The notes under the pieces were generated by a model. That model worked only from the letters and a program-made list of their open reading frames with translations, was not told where the DNA came from and made no database searches. A stretch of 64,000 nucleotides of DNA from an uncultured Candidatus Saccharibacteria bacterium. Lineage in GTDB: Bacteria; Patescibacteriota; Saccharimonadia; Saccharimonadales; AWTP1-31. Location of the stretch: contig CAZVTA010000002.1 of the NCBI GenBank assembly GCA_964629815.1, positions 66,096 through 130,095 on the forward strand. Direction: 5' to 3'. Below, in pieces: positions 44,463 to 53,267 of the stretch; within the stretch, counting starts at the first letter, position 1; every line of letters starts with the position of its first letter. Both the position numbers and the translations under genes were made by a program.

Positions 44463-46388
44463 TTATTGATCGACGCCCGCGAGATCGAGAAGGTAGTTAA
44501 TTTCTTCTGGTCGAGTATAAATATCTCCATTTGGACCAACTATTGAGTTGATCCGGCCGCTACCAGGACCATTTGGGGTTTCCCCGTTGACGACAAAGCC
44601 TCTGCCGCGCAAGATGTTTGCTCGGTCTAATATTGTAGGCGTTGCTCGGTCGGCACCAACCTTATCGGCGAAATGAGTCCAAGGATATCGATTATCTGCC
44701 ACTATGCCTTCACCAGCACGTGGGCTTGTTGAGCCTGGTGTTCCAGCTGGAGTATTGCCACCACTAGTTGACCCACTCGCACGTGTACCTATACCGCCAG
44801 TTCGTGTACCACTACCTGCTGTGCCCGTTGTATTGCCACCTGTTCTCGCTACAGGAGTCTTACCGCCACCACCAAACCACTCGTTAAAGAAGTATGCGCC
44901 CGTACCGCCGGCTACGGCACCGATAGCAGCACTGCCAATCATACGTCGTTTATTTCGACGATTATTTCTTGTTGTCAGTTCATCCACACCCTCAGTAATA
45001 TGATCTGCCTGTGTCACTTCGCTAGCTTGGTCCAATATTCCAAACCGTGCATTGTCAGCAGCAAGTTGTCGTGCATTTTGTGCTTGAGCAACTCTTGCTG
45101 CATCTGCTTCCTTATTAACTTTCGCACCCATTAAACCACGGGCCACGCCACGGGCCACGCCAGCACCAGCTACTACACCAGCAACCGGGCCAAGCAATAC
45201 AGCCCCGACGGCTCCCATTGCCATTCCAGGAATAAGCCCTGCGACCCCCATCGTTGAACTCTTTACTACGTAACCCTTAACGCCGCGCTGTCGTGCCCAA
45301 AAATCGTAAAAACGACTTAAGCCTTTTCCTTTGCTTGCTTCAATCTGTGACTGAGTAATAAGCTCTGTAATTTGCTCAAGTTCTTTGAGGTTTCCGACTA
45401 CACCAAACTGTCGAACAGTCTCTTCATCTGCCCCTAATTCACGCATACGCGCAGCAACGTTCTCACCAACGGCTGTAACTGCCATTTCATAGGCTTCGCG
45501 AGCAGCATTGAGTCGCTTCTTGTGACCAAATGAAACGCCACGTCGTTTTGCGCTTGCACGAACGTATTCCGCGCGAGCAATCTGTAAGGCATTCCATAGC
45601 TCAGGAGAAACCGCTTCAATAAGCTGTGGTAATTCTTGCGTTTGATCTATTTCATCTTCGTCTTCTGGAGTCTGATTCACATCTTGGTCTTCATTGCCAC
45701 CATTAATACTTTTGTCAATTTGATCGTAATATTCATCGGTTACGTTATAGCGTCCACGAAAATCATCTACAAGATCACTCAGCTCATTAAGAGCTTGCTG
45801 ATAGTCATTGAAGTTATTTGCTTTCTTTGCATCTCGTGCACGCAAAACAACATCACGAAGATTATCCATATCTTTCTGGAACTCATCATATGAATTCTGT
45901 TCTTCGGATTTTTCCATGTCAGGAACGGCAGCAAGTCTATCCCATAGACTCTGGCTACTATCAGTTTCTGGGTCGTTCACAGTTCGTAGTGCATCCTTGC
46001 GTGCAATAAAGCTATCAAGAACTTGTCGCTTTTCTTCGTCAGTTTCTCGATCGGTGCGGTTTGCAACGCGGTCCATGATTTCGTCCTGAACATCACCAGC
46101 AGTAGTCTTATCGCCTGCGTCTTCAGCCTCGGCCCATTTACGAATGAGCACACTGTTATGCATTTTGCTATAGTCAGTACTCTCCAGGGTGTCCTGCTCG
46201 TGTGTGCTCTCGCCAGCTTCAGTTGGACGCTTTTCAAGATACGCATCAAAATCATCTAGTGTGTGGTCGCTCACCGTAGCAGTATCTCCTACCCAACCTT
46301 CAGCACGACGTAAATCGCGCATAGTTGCCGATACGCTCATGGCGTCGGTAGGGTTTTGATTGACTGATTGTGGGGCTTGTTCGCTCAT
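44463..46388 (-). CDS. hypothetical large protein (acidic N-terminal half, Gly-rich TM segment, G/T/S-rich linker, C-terminal globular domain)
   Basis: 641-aa uninterrupted ORF. Central GVAGLIPGMAMGAVGAVLLGPVAGVVAGAGVARGV. No enzymatic motif recognised. Confidence 0.6.
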   Translation of the reverse strand: MSEQAPQSVNQNPTDAMSVSATMRDLRRAEGWVGDTATVSDHTLDDFDAYLEKRPTEAGESTHEQDTLESTDYSKMHNSVLIRKWAEAEDAGDKTTAGDVQDEIMDRVANRTDRETDEEKRQVLDSFIARKDALRTVNDPETDSSQSLWDRLAAVPDMEKSEEQNSYDEFQKDMDNLRDVVLRARDAKKANNFNDYQQALNELSDLVDDFRGRYNVTDEYYDQIDKSINGGNEDQDVNQTPEDEDEIDQTQELPQLIEAVSPELWNALQIARAEYVRASAKRRGVSFGHKKRLNAAREAYEMAVTAVGENVAARMRELGADEETVRQFGVVGNLKELEQITELITQSQIEASKGKGLSRFYDFWARQRGVKGYVVKSSTMGVAGLIPGMAMGAVGAVLLGPVAGVVAGAGVARGVARGLMGAKVNKEADAARVAQAQNARQLAADNARFGILDQASEVTQADHITEGVDELTTRNNRRNKRRMIGSAAIGAVAGGTGAYFFNEWFGGGGKTPVARTGGNTTGTAGSGTRTGGIGTRASGSTSGGNTPAGTPGSTSPRAGEGIVADNRYPWTHFADKVGADRATPTILDRANILRGRGFVVNGETPNGPGSGRINSIVGPNGDIYTRPEEINYLLDLAGVDQ

Positions 46389-46610
46389 AATTTCCTTCTT
46401 AGTTACTTATGGCACCGTACGCTTGCGTTTCGGGCAAGGTATTTCGCAATAACATTACTCTATCAAATTTTTTGTTATTTGTCAATGTTGTTATGCTTTA
46501 GTATTCTTTGCATCTCCAACGAGCAATAGTAGCACAACTATCTATCAGAGAAAGTACTAGCGTTTACCCTTATATAGCACTCTTGCACTATCTGATATAC
46601 AATATTCCCC

Positions 46611-47672
46611 ATGAACGTTCTGGGAATAGAAACCAGCTGCGACGAAACAAGCGCAGCAGTAGTTAAAAATGGAGACACATTGCTGTCTAACGTCGTCGCG
46701 TCTTCGCTAGATTTGCACGCCCAGTACGGTGGTGTTATTCCAGAAATTGCTGCACGCAGCCATATTGAAAGCATAATGCCAGTTATCGAAGAAGCGCTAT
46801 CACAAGCAGCATGCAGTTGGGACGATATAGATGCTATTGCCGTAACGTACGGCGCCGGGCTGGGTGGCTGCCTGCTTGTTGGCGTGCTTGCAGCTCGTAC
46901 ACTTGCCATTACGAAACTAAAACCACTTTATGCTATAAATCACGTCGAGGGGCATGTGTATGCTAACTTCTTGACTAAAACCGCGCTTCCAAACTATTCA
47001 CTCCCACACCAACAGCCTGAATTCCCTATTCTTGCGCTTATCGTGAGTGGTGGCCATAGCCAACTAGCACTCTTTAAAGATCACTTCGATTACACACTGC
47101 TTGGCCAAACCCACGACGACGCCGTTGGCGAAGCGTTTGATAAGGTCGCAAAGATACTTGGACTTCCCTACCCTGGCGGGCCCAGCATAGGCTCCATCGC
47201 TACAAGCGGCAATCCTCACGCCTACACCTTTCCCAAAGCCAAAATGGCTAATAAATACGACTTTAGCTTTTCTGGCCTCAAGACGGCCGTTTTACGGGCC
47301 GTACAGACCCAATGTGGTAAAACACACGACTTTCCATCGTTTGAGCTTGCCAAGCTACTCAGCGACGCTCAGAAAGCAGATTTTGCTGCAAGCTTTCAAC
47401 GCATAGCCGTAGAGACTGTTGTAGACAAAGCTGTTCATGCATTTGAAGAGTTTCGACCCACCAATGTGGTTATCGCTGGTGGTGTTGCAGCAAGCCCCGA
47501 ACTTCGTCGCCAGTTAGCAGAGAGACTCCCTTGCTCTATTGAATATACCGACCCAAAGCTTTGCACAGATAACGGCGCTATGATCGCAACTCTTGGCTAT
47601 TTCAAAGCTAAACTCAACCAACCCACATCAGACCCCTATTCTCTCGAGATAGAGCCAAATTTATCAATGTAG
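46611..47672 (+). CDS. tsaD: tRNA N6-adenosine threonylcarbamoyltransferase
   Basis: VLGIETSCDETSAAVV, HVEGHVYAN, SGGHSQL and CTDNGAMIA. Confidence 0.93.
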   Translation: MNVLGIETSCDETSAAVVKNGDTLLSNVVASSLDLHAQYGGVIPEIAARSHIESIMPVIEEALSQAACSWDDIDAIAVTYGAGLGGCLLVGVLAARTLAITKLKPLYAINHVEGHVYANFLTKTALPNYSLPHQQPEFPILALIVSGGHSQLALFKDHFDYTLLGQTHDDAVGEAFDKVAKILGLPYPGGPSIGSIATSGNPHAYTFPKAKMANKYDFSFSGLKTAVLRAVQTQCGKTHDFPSFELAKLLSDAQKADFAASFQRIAVETVVDKAVHAFEEFRPTNVVIAGGVAASPELRRQLAERLPCSIEYTDPKLCTDNGAMIATLGYFKAKLNQPTSDPYSLEIEPNLSM

Positions 47673-47673
47673 G

Positions 47674-48057
47674 TTAAATACGCTCGTATTTATCGGCATG
47701 TTGCGCTGGTAGCAAGCCAGTAACGGTATATACGTACTTCTGGCGGAGTACTTCTGCGTCACGATGATACCGTCCAATTTCGCGAGATATCCTGCTATTT
47801 GTTTCGTTTGCCGTTGGTGATCCATGGCCATTCATCGTCATAGCAATTGCTTGTCCACCCAGACCCTCGAGAATAAGTCGCATAGCTTCCCAGTTACTTA
47901 TCTCTTTAGTCTTCCCCGTTTCGCCAATATCAACTATTCCAGATGGTGCGGCCAGTTCTGCACGTGTAAATTCACCTATCTTCACTCGCTGGTATGTACC
48001 GTTTTGAATGTTTGATGGCTCGGAATGATTGTTCATTTCAGCAGAGAATAATAGCAT
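47674..48057 (-). CDS. hypothetical protein
   Basis: 127-aa ORF convergent with tsaD. No motif recognised. Confidence 0.45.
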   Translation of the reverse strand: MLLFSAEMNNHSEPSNIQNGTYQRVKIGEFTRAELAAPSGIVDIGETGKTKEISNWEAMRLILEGLGGQAIAMTMNGHGSPTANETNSRISREIGRYHRDAEVLRQKYVYTVTGLLPAQHADKYERI

Positions 48058-48078
48058 ATTACTTATGCTTTGTCAATA

Positions 48079-48108
48079 TTGCTTATGACAGATTCCACTT
48101 GTTATAAT
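48079..48108 (+). promoter_or_regulatory. putative valS promoter
   Basis: TTGCTT (48079-48084), an 18-nt spacer, then TATAAT (48103-48108). This would give a ~145-nt leader. Confidence 0.35.
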
Positions 48109-48258
48109 GTGTTCGAAAACAAAAACGTGCAAAAAGCAGAATGGGCGGGCAACGTTTTAGGGTACACAATACATGCCTTTGTATTGTGTTTATGCTTTTT
48201 CACGTGAATTTTTATCTGTTATTGGTGTAATTCTACAGAGGTGGTACACTAAGTAATT

Positions 48259-50814
48259 ATGAGTTTTGAAAAATCCTACGAGCCAGCTAAACACGAGCGC
48301 GACATTTATCGCCTATGGGAAAACCAAAAGGCATTCAGCCCCAGAAACAGGGGAAGCAAAAAGAGTTTTAGTATCGTAGTTCCACCGCCAAATGCCAATG
48401 GAGACCTGCACATCGGTCATGGCCTTACGCTTGCAGTAGAGGATATTGCTGTTCGTTATCACCGCATGAAAGGTGAATCCGCCTTACTGCTTCCAGGGGC
48501 CGATCATGCTGGCTTTGAAACACAAGTAGTGTACGAAAAATACCTCGCCAAAGCAGGGAAAAGCCGTTTCGATTTTAGCCGCGAAGAACTATACAAACAG
48601 ATATGGGACTTTGTTGCTACCAATAAAGACAACTACCAAGACCAATTCCGCAAGCTTGGTGCTAGCGTCGATTGGGATAGATATGTCTTTACTCTTGATA
48701 AAAAAATCGTAAATCGGGCTTACGATACCTTTAAAAAAATGTGGGACGATGGGCTAATTTACAGAGGTGAGCGACTTGTGAATTTCTGTACTTACCATGG
48801 AACCGGATTTGCAGATATTGAAGTTGACTATAAGCAATCCAAGGGTCACTTATGGCACATTCGTTATCCGCTCACCAGCGGAGAAGGGGAGGTTGTTGTT
48901 GCAACGACTCGCCCAGAAACCATGTTGGGAGATGTTGCAGTCGCTGTTCATCCCGAAGATACACGATACAAAAAGCTCGTCGGTAAAACTGTTACGCTAC
49001 CACTGACAAACAGGGAAATCCCCATACTTGCTGATGACTTCGTAGATATGGAATATGGTACGGGCGCTGTTAAAATAACGCCAGCTCACGATCAAAACGA
49101 CTACGATATGGCCGAACGTCATGATTTGCCAAAAATTAGTGTTATTAGTCACGAAGGCACCATTACGCACGACGCGCCCGAACAGTTTGTCGGCCTCGAC
49201 GTACCAGCAGCACGCGACAAGATAATCAACGAACTATCTGATAGTGGTTATCTCATTAAAACTGATGAAATTGAGCACAGTGTTGGCCATTGCTACAAAT
49301 GCGGTACTGTTATCGAGCCGTTGTTGCGCGAACAATGGTTTATCGACGTAAAACCACTCGCAAAAAACGCCATAAAGGCCCTCAAAAACAAAGAGATCAC
49401 GTTTTATCCCGACCAAAAACGTACACAGCTCATCACCTACCTCGAGAATCTTCGCGACTGGAACATCAGTCGTCAGATAGCTTGGGGAATTCCTATTCCA
49501 GCCTTTCAGAGCTCGGAAGATCCGAGCGAGTGGATCTTTGATACTCGGGTCGAACAAGAAACGATAACTGTCAACGGAGTGGTATATCACCGCGACCACG
49601 ATGTGTTTGACACCTGGTTTAGTAGCTCAAGTTGGCCATACGCGACACTTGATTTCCCGCATGGTGAAGATTTTGCAAAGTTCTACCCACTGAGCGTCAT
49701 GGAAACGGGTGCCGACATCTTGTATCCATGGGTAAGCCGCATGATAATGTTTGGCCTGTATAACACCGGTAAAATACCATTCGAAAACGTCTACCTACAT
49801 GGCCTTGTTCTTGACCCGCATGGTCAGAAAATGAGCAAAAGCAAGGGTAACGTTGTTAATCCTATGGACAAAGTTAATGAATTTGGCTCAGACGCATTTC
49901 GTATGGGCATTATTGCAGGCCAAAGCGCCGGCAATAATCAGCCGTATGCTGAAGACAAGGTTGTGGGTGCGCGCAACTTTTGCAACAAGCTTTGGAATTT
50001 AGGTCGTTACATCTCGGAAAATACACATAACAGCGAATCACCGACAGCAGCACCTACGTCATTGGCAGATCACTGGATTTTATCACGACTCAACAGCTGT
50101 ATTACTGCCGTCTCCGCCTATCTCGACGACTATCGTTTTGGCGAAGCATATGAAACACTCTATCACTTTGTATGGGACGATTTTGCAGATTGGTACATAG
50201 AATCAAGCAAGGCAGACCTAAATGCGACAACGTTGCAGTTTGTGTATCAAAATATCCTTTTGCTTGCACATCCATTTGCACCTTTCGTTACTGAAGCAAT
50301 CTGGCAAAAACTTGGCTGGAGCGAAGAGCTCCTGGCAATCAGTTCTTGGCCACAGAGCAAAGCAGGGGACAGTAAAAAAACGAAAGAGTTTGAACGGCTT
50401 CGTACGGTCGTTCAAGAATCGCGACGGCTCTGCACGGCTGTGGGCATTAAAAACCCCATACTACAAACGGCGTCCGACCTTATCATTGATAATAGTGCGC
50501 TGGTACAAAAACTTGCGGGGCTTGCGAAAATCGAACAAACAGAGAAGGGGAATGGGCTTCGGCTGGCAACGCCCGAATTAGCATGGCTCGATATTCCACC
50601 AGAGACTATTGCCCATTACAAGACTGATCTCGAAGAAAGGGCACAGGCCATTCAAATGCAAATCGATCGTTTAGAGGCGCGACTATCTAACGTGTCTTAC
50701 ACCAAGAACGCACCAGCTCATATTGTTGCGCAAACCCAAGATGAATTAGCGAACACAAAACGAACATTCAATATCATTGCATCTGAGATTAAACAGATAA
50801 CTACAGGCCAATAA
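48259..50814 (+). CDS. valS: valine--tRNA ligase
   Basis: PPPNANGDLHIGH (HIGH), KMSKSKGN, a CP1 editing domain and a C-terminal coiled coil. Confidence 0.96.
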   Translation: MSFEKSYEPAKHERDIYRLWENQKAFSPRNRGSKKSFSIVVPPPNANGDLHIGHGLTLAVEDIAVRYHRMKGESALLLPGADHAGFETQVVYEKYLAKAGKSRFDFSREELYKQIWDFVATNKDNYQDQFRKLGASVDWDRYVFTLDKKIVNRAYDTFKKMWDDGLIYRGERLVNFCTYHGTGFADIEVDYKQSKGHLWHIRYPLTSGEGEVVVATTRPETMLGDVAVAVHPEDTRYKKLVGKTVTLPLTNREIPILADDFVDMEYGTGAVKITPAHDQNDYDMAERHDLPKISVISHEGTITHDAPEQFVGLDVPAARDKIINELSDSGYLIKTDEIEHSVGHCYKCGTVIEPLLREQWFIDVKPLAKNAIKALKNKEITFYPDQKRTQLITYLENLRDWNISRQIAWGIPIPAFQSSEDPSEWIFDTRVEQETITVNGVVYHRDHDVFDTWFSSSSWPYATLDFPHGEDFAKFYPLSVMETGADILYPWVSRMIMFGLYNTGKIPFENVYLHGLVLDPHGQKMSKSKGNVVNPMDKVNEFGSDAFRMGIIAGQSAGNNQPYAEDKVVGARNFCNKLWNLGRYISENTHNSESPTAAPTSLADHWILSRLNSCITAVSAYLDDYRFGEAYETLYHFVWDDFADWYIESSKADLNATTLQFVYQNILLLAHPFAPFVTEAIWQKLGWSEELLAISSWPQSKAGDSKKTKEFERLRTVVQESRRLCTAVGIKNPILQTASDLIIDNSALVQKLAGLAKIEQTEKGNGLRLATPELAWLDIPPETIAHYKTDLEERAQAIQMQIDRLEARLSNVSYTKNAPAHIVAQTQDELANTKRTFNIIASEIKQITTGQ

Positions 50815-51688
50815 CCTCGTCTTCAGATAACTGTCGGCGTTTAAGACCCCTAATGTATTCCTTTTGCTCGGCCAAATAAAACAACAGGTCTTCATCATTA
50901 ATATGATTGATACCCGTTAATTCTCGAACTTCTTTCATTTTACGCGCTGCAGCATCGAGCACATCATCATCGAGAGCATCACCCTCACGAAAGTCGTCTT
51001 CTTTGGGGAACATCCATTCATTTCTAATACGGTATGTCATCTCGTCAACAAAAGTACCTATTATTTCTTGGTCTTTTAATGGGAGGTGTAGTGCAGTTCT
51101 TGAAGCGAGCCGCATAAATCTAGACATATTGTGCGTAGCCAATAAGCCTCCCATTAGATGATAGTAGACATCATGGCCATGAGACCATTCAGAAATAACC
51201 AATTGCCCCCTTGAAGCGTGTTCTAGATATGGTCGTAATTTTGTGCGTTCTTTATCAAAAAACGCAACCGGCAGGAGTCCTCCGTAACTATCCTCACCAT
51301 TAAGTCTGCGTAGCACCACAAATCCGTTCACAAATGAATCAAAACCCACTTCTTGTATCTGATCTTCTATTCTCGACACTGTGGAGCGGTAAGTGCTGAT
51401 TGGGGCATACTCTGGCAGAGGATACGCTAGTTTACTTTTGGGCAGGCTAAACAGGTCATACGCACGCTGTGCATCAGCGATATCTTCAGCAGAAACACTT
51501 TCGACAATATCTTTCGAACTATCAATATCAGTAACCCATCTGGGGCCATTGAAAACTAAGCTTTCAGGTTCCGCTATATTTGTACGTAGCGCCAACGACA
51601 AGTAGGGATAGTAGGCACGCTTCTCTGGCAATACTTCATCGATAACCATGTCGCCGTAGCCGGCTGTCGAGGAAAATATTTCAGGCAT
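50801..51688 (-). CDS. hypothetical protein
   Basis: 295-aa ORF whose 3' end overlaps the valS 3' end by 14 nt (convergent). No motif recognised. Confidence 0.55.
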   Translation of the reverse strand: MPEIFSSTAGYGDMVIDEVLPEKRAYYPYLSLALRTNIAEPESLVFNGPRWVTDIDSSKDIVESVSAEDIADAQRAYDLFSLPKSKLAYPLPEYAPISTYRSTVSRIEDQIQEVGFDSFVNGFVVLRRLNGEDSYGGLLPVAFFDKERTKLRPYLEHASRGQLVISEWSHGHDVYYHLMGGLLATHNMSRFMRLASRTALHLPLKDQEIIGTFVDEMTYRIRNEWMFPKEDDFREGDALDDDVLDAAARKMKEVRELTGINHINDEDLLFYLAEQKEYIRGLKRRQLSEDEVIGL

Positions 51689-51739
51689 AAAAAATATAAT
51701 ATCATATTTTTATCATATTAACAATAATCGTAAGCGTGT

Positions 51740-52603
51740 CTATTGTGACTTAAGCGCTTCTTTAACGCGCTTGGCGGACTGTGCAGCATCGTAGTCGTTA
51801 AACCACATAACATGCCAGCCAAGTTCTTGGGCTGGGATCAAATTTGCGCGCGAATCATCAATTAACAAAATCTCGCTTGCGGGCACACCGGCACGATCTG
51901 ATGCTATCTCGTAGATAGCCTTATCTGGTTTTATGACACCAACCTCTGAAGAATCGATAATCGCTTTATACGCTACGTCTGGTAGCAGCTTTGCTTTCTT
52001 CATGTCGTCAATAAAGCCCATGCCAATATTACTGAGTAGTCCTACATCGTATACATCCGCAGCCCACGCTACCACTTCGTGCATCTCTCGAATCGGATCA
52101 ACCGCTTTAAGATAGTACGACTGCCAATCAATTGCCGCAACGCCAAGACGCTTAGCAAACAGCTTATTAAATTCTTTGGGAGATATTTTTCCTAAACATA
52201 CATCGTCGTTATATTGCCAAAAGGCCGTCTCGACAATATCGGGCATAACCCCAGTATCTTTGGAGATTGCTGTAAATGCACGATGAAAAAAACGCACCAA
52301 ACAGCCGTTGATATCGAAATATACGAAGCTAACGCCACTTTTGGTCTTTTTACGAGAGGGGGCGCTTCTGGTACGCCCCACAAGATCATCTAGCGAAACA
52401 TCAAGCACGTCGGCAATCTGCTTAATAGTAAAAATAGAAGGGGATCTTATCGCACCACGCTCAATTTTTGCAAGCGTAGAATAGCTGAGATGCGCCTTTT
52501 GACACATCTGCTGCTGCGTAAGTCCGGCACGCTGGCGCGCAGTCTGCAAGAGCTGTCCCAACCCCTTTTCGTCCATAGCCATATAATACCAGTCCCCGTA
52601 CAT
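51740..52603 (-). CDS. XRE-family HTH domain fused to HAD-superfamily hydrolase domain
   Basis: N-terminal LGQLLQTARQRAGLTQQQMCQKAHLSYSTLAKIERG. C-terminal HAD motifs FVYFDINGCLV, GLLSNIG, VIKPD and LIDDS. The start may be the internal MAMDEKG. Confidence 0.75.
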   Translation of the reverse strand: MYGDWYYMAMDEKGLGQLLQTARQRAGLTQQQMCQKAHLSYSTLAKIERGAIRSPSIFTIKQIADVLDVSLDDLVGRTRSAPSRKKTKSGVSFVYFDINGCLVRFFHRAFTAISKDTGVMPDIVETAFWQYNDDVCLGKISPKEFNKLFAKRLGVAAIDWQSYYLKAVDPIREMHEVVAWAADVYDVGLLSNIGMGFIDDMKKAKLLPDVAYKAIIDSSEVGVIKPDKAIYEIASDRAGVPASEILLIDDSRANLIPAQELGWHVMWFNDYDAAQSAKRVKEALKSQ

Positions 52604-52631
52604 TTTTGCGACCGTTTAATACAGCAGCCGA

Positions 52632-52808
52632 CTAGTCGGGCACAACGGTTACGAATATAGTCAAAAAGACAATAAAAGCGATTGCGCCGACCACGCCTGC
52701 GGCGGTTAAGGAGCGTTGTGTCAGGCCTCCGGTTTGGCGCATTGATTTGTTATACACCCATCCACTAACACCAAGTGCAAACACAAGCGCGATAAATGCT
52801 TTACTCAT
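52632..52808 (-). CDS. small hypothetical membrane protein (58 aa, below the track's length cutoff)
   Basis: My translation is MSKAFIALVFALGVSGWVYNKSMRQTGGLTQRSLTAAGVVGAIAFIVFLTIFVTVVPD*. It has two hydrophobic helices and fills the gap between the HIT and XRE-HAD genes. Confidence 0.3.
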   Translation of the reverse strand: MSKAFIALVFALGVSGWVYNKSMRQTGGLTQRSLTAAGVVGAIAFIVFLTIFVTVVPD

Positions 52809-52823
52809 ACTACGTAGTATACG

Positions 52824-53225
52824 CTAGAACTTTAGGCTTGCAGCAATTTCTGCTAATTTAGCACTGTCCTCGACGTGGTTCGGATCGGGATGATGCAAAA
52901 ACTCTTCAATTGTATCGAACGGAAAAACGTGCACATGAGCATGCGGCACCTCAAGCCCAGCAACCATCATACCAACTCGCGTTCGCTTAAACACTTCGTC
53001 GATTCGCTTCGCTACTTTTTTGACTGTTGCCCAAACCGCCGCATAGTCTTCGTCCGACAAGTCTTCAATATGGTCTACCTGTTTTTTTGGCACCACAAGC
53101 GTATGACCCGGTTGCGTCGGAATAATAGTAAGGAACGCCAGCGATTTATCGTCTTCGTATACTTTGTGGCACGGTATTTCGCCATTTATAATCTTCGTAA
53201 AAATCGAATCTTCCATGTACCACAT
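52824..53225 (-). CDS. HIT-family (histidine triad) protein
   Basis: IFTKIINGEIP and the triad HAHVHVFP. The start could be the ATG at 53216 (MEDSIF). Confidence 0.88.
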   Translation of the reverse strand: MWYMEDSIFTKIINGEIPCHKVYEDDKSLAFLTIIPTQPGHTLVVPKKQVDHIEDLSDEDYAAVWATVKKVAKRIDEVFKRTRVGMMVAGLEVPHAHVHVFPFDTIEEFLHHPDPNHVEDSAKLAEIAASLKF

Positions 53226-53267
53226 TATAGCCTATAGCATGCAAAACAATTCGGTTACAATATAGTT

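Noticed and set aside
48240-48247. Calling the valS leader a T-box riboswitch on the basis of GGTGGTAC.
   Set aside because: An 8-nt match adjacent to the likely Shine-Dalgarno is not sufficient. No Stem I or specifier loop was identified, and the motif lies after rather than within the terminator-like hairpin. It is kept as an unclassified leader pending a covariance-model search.
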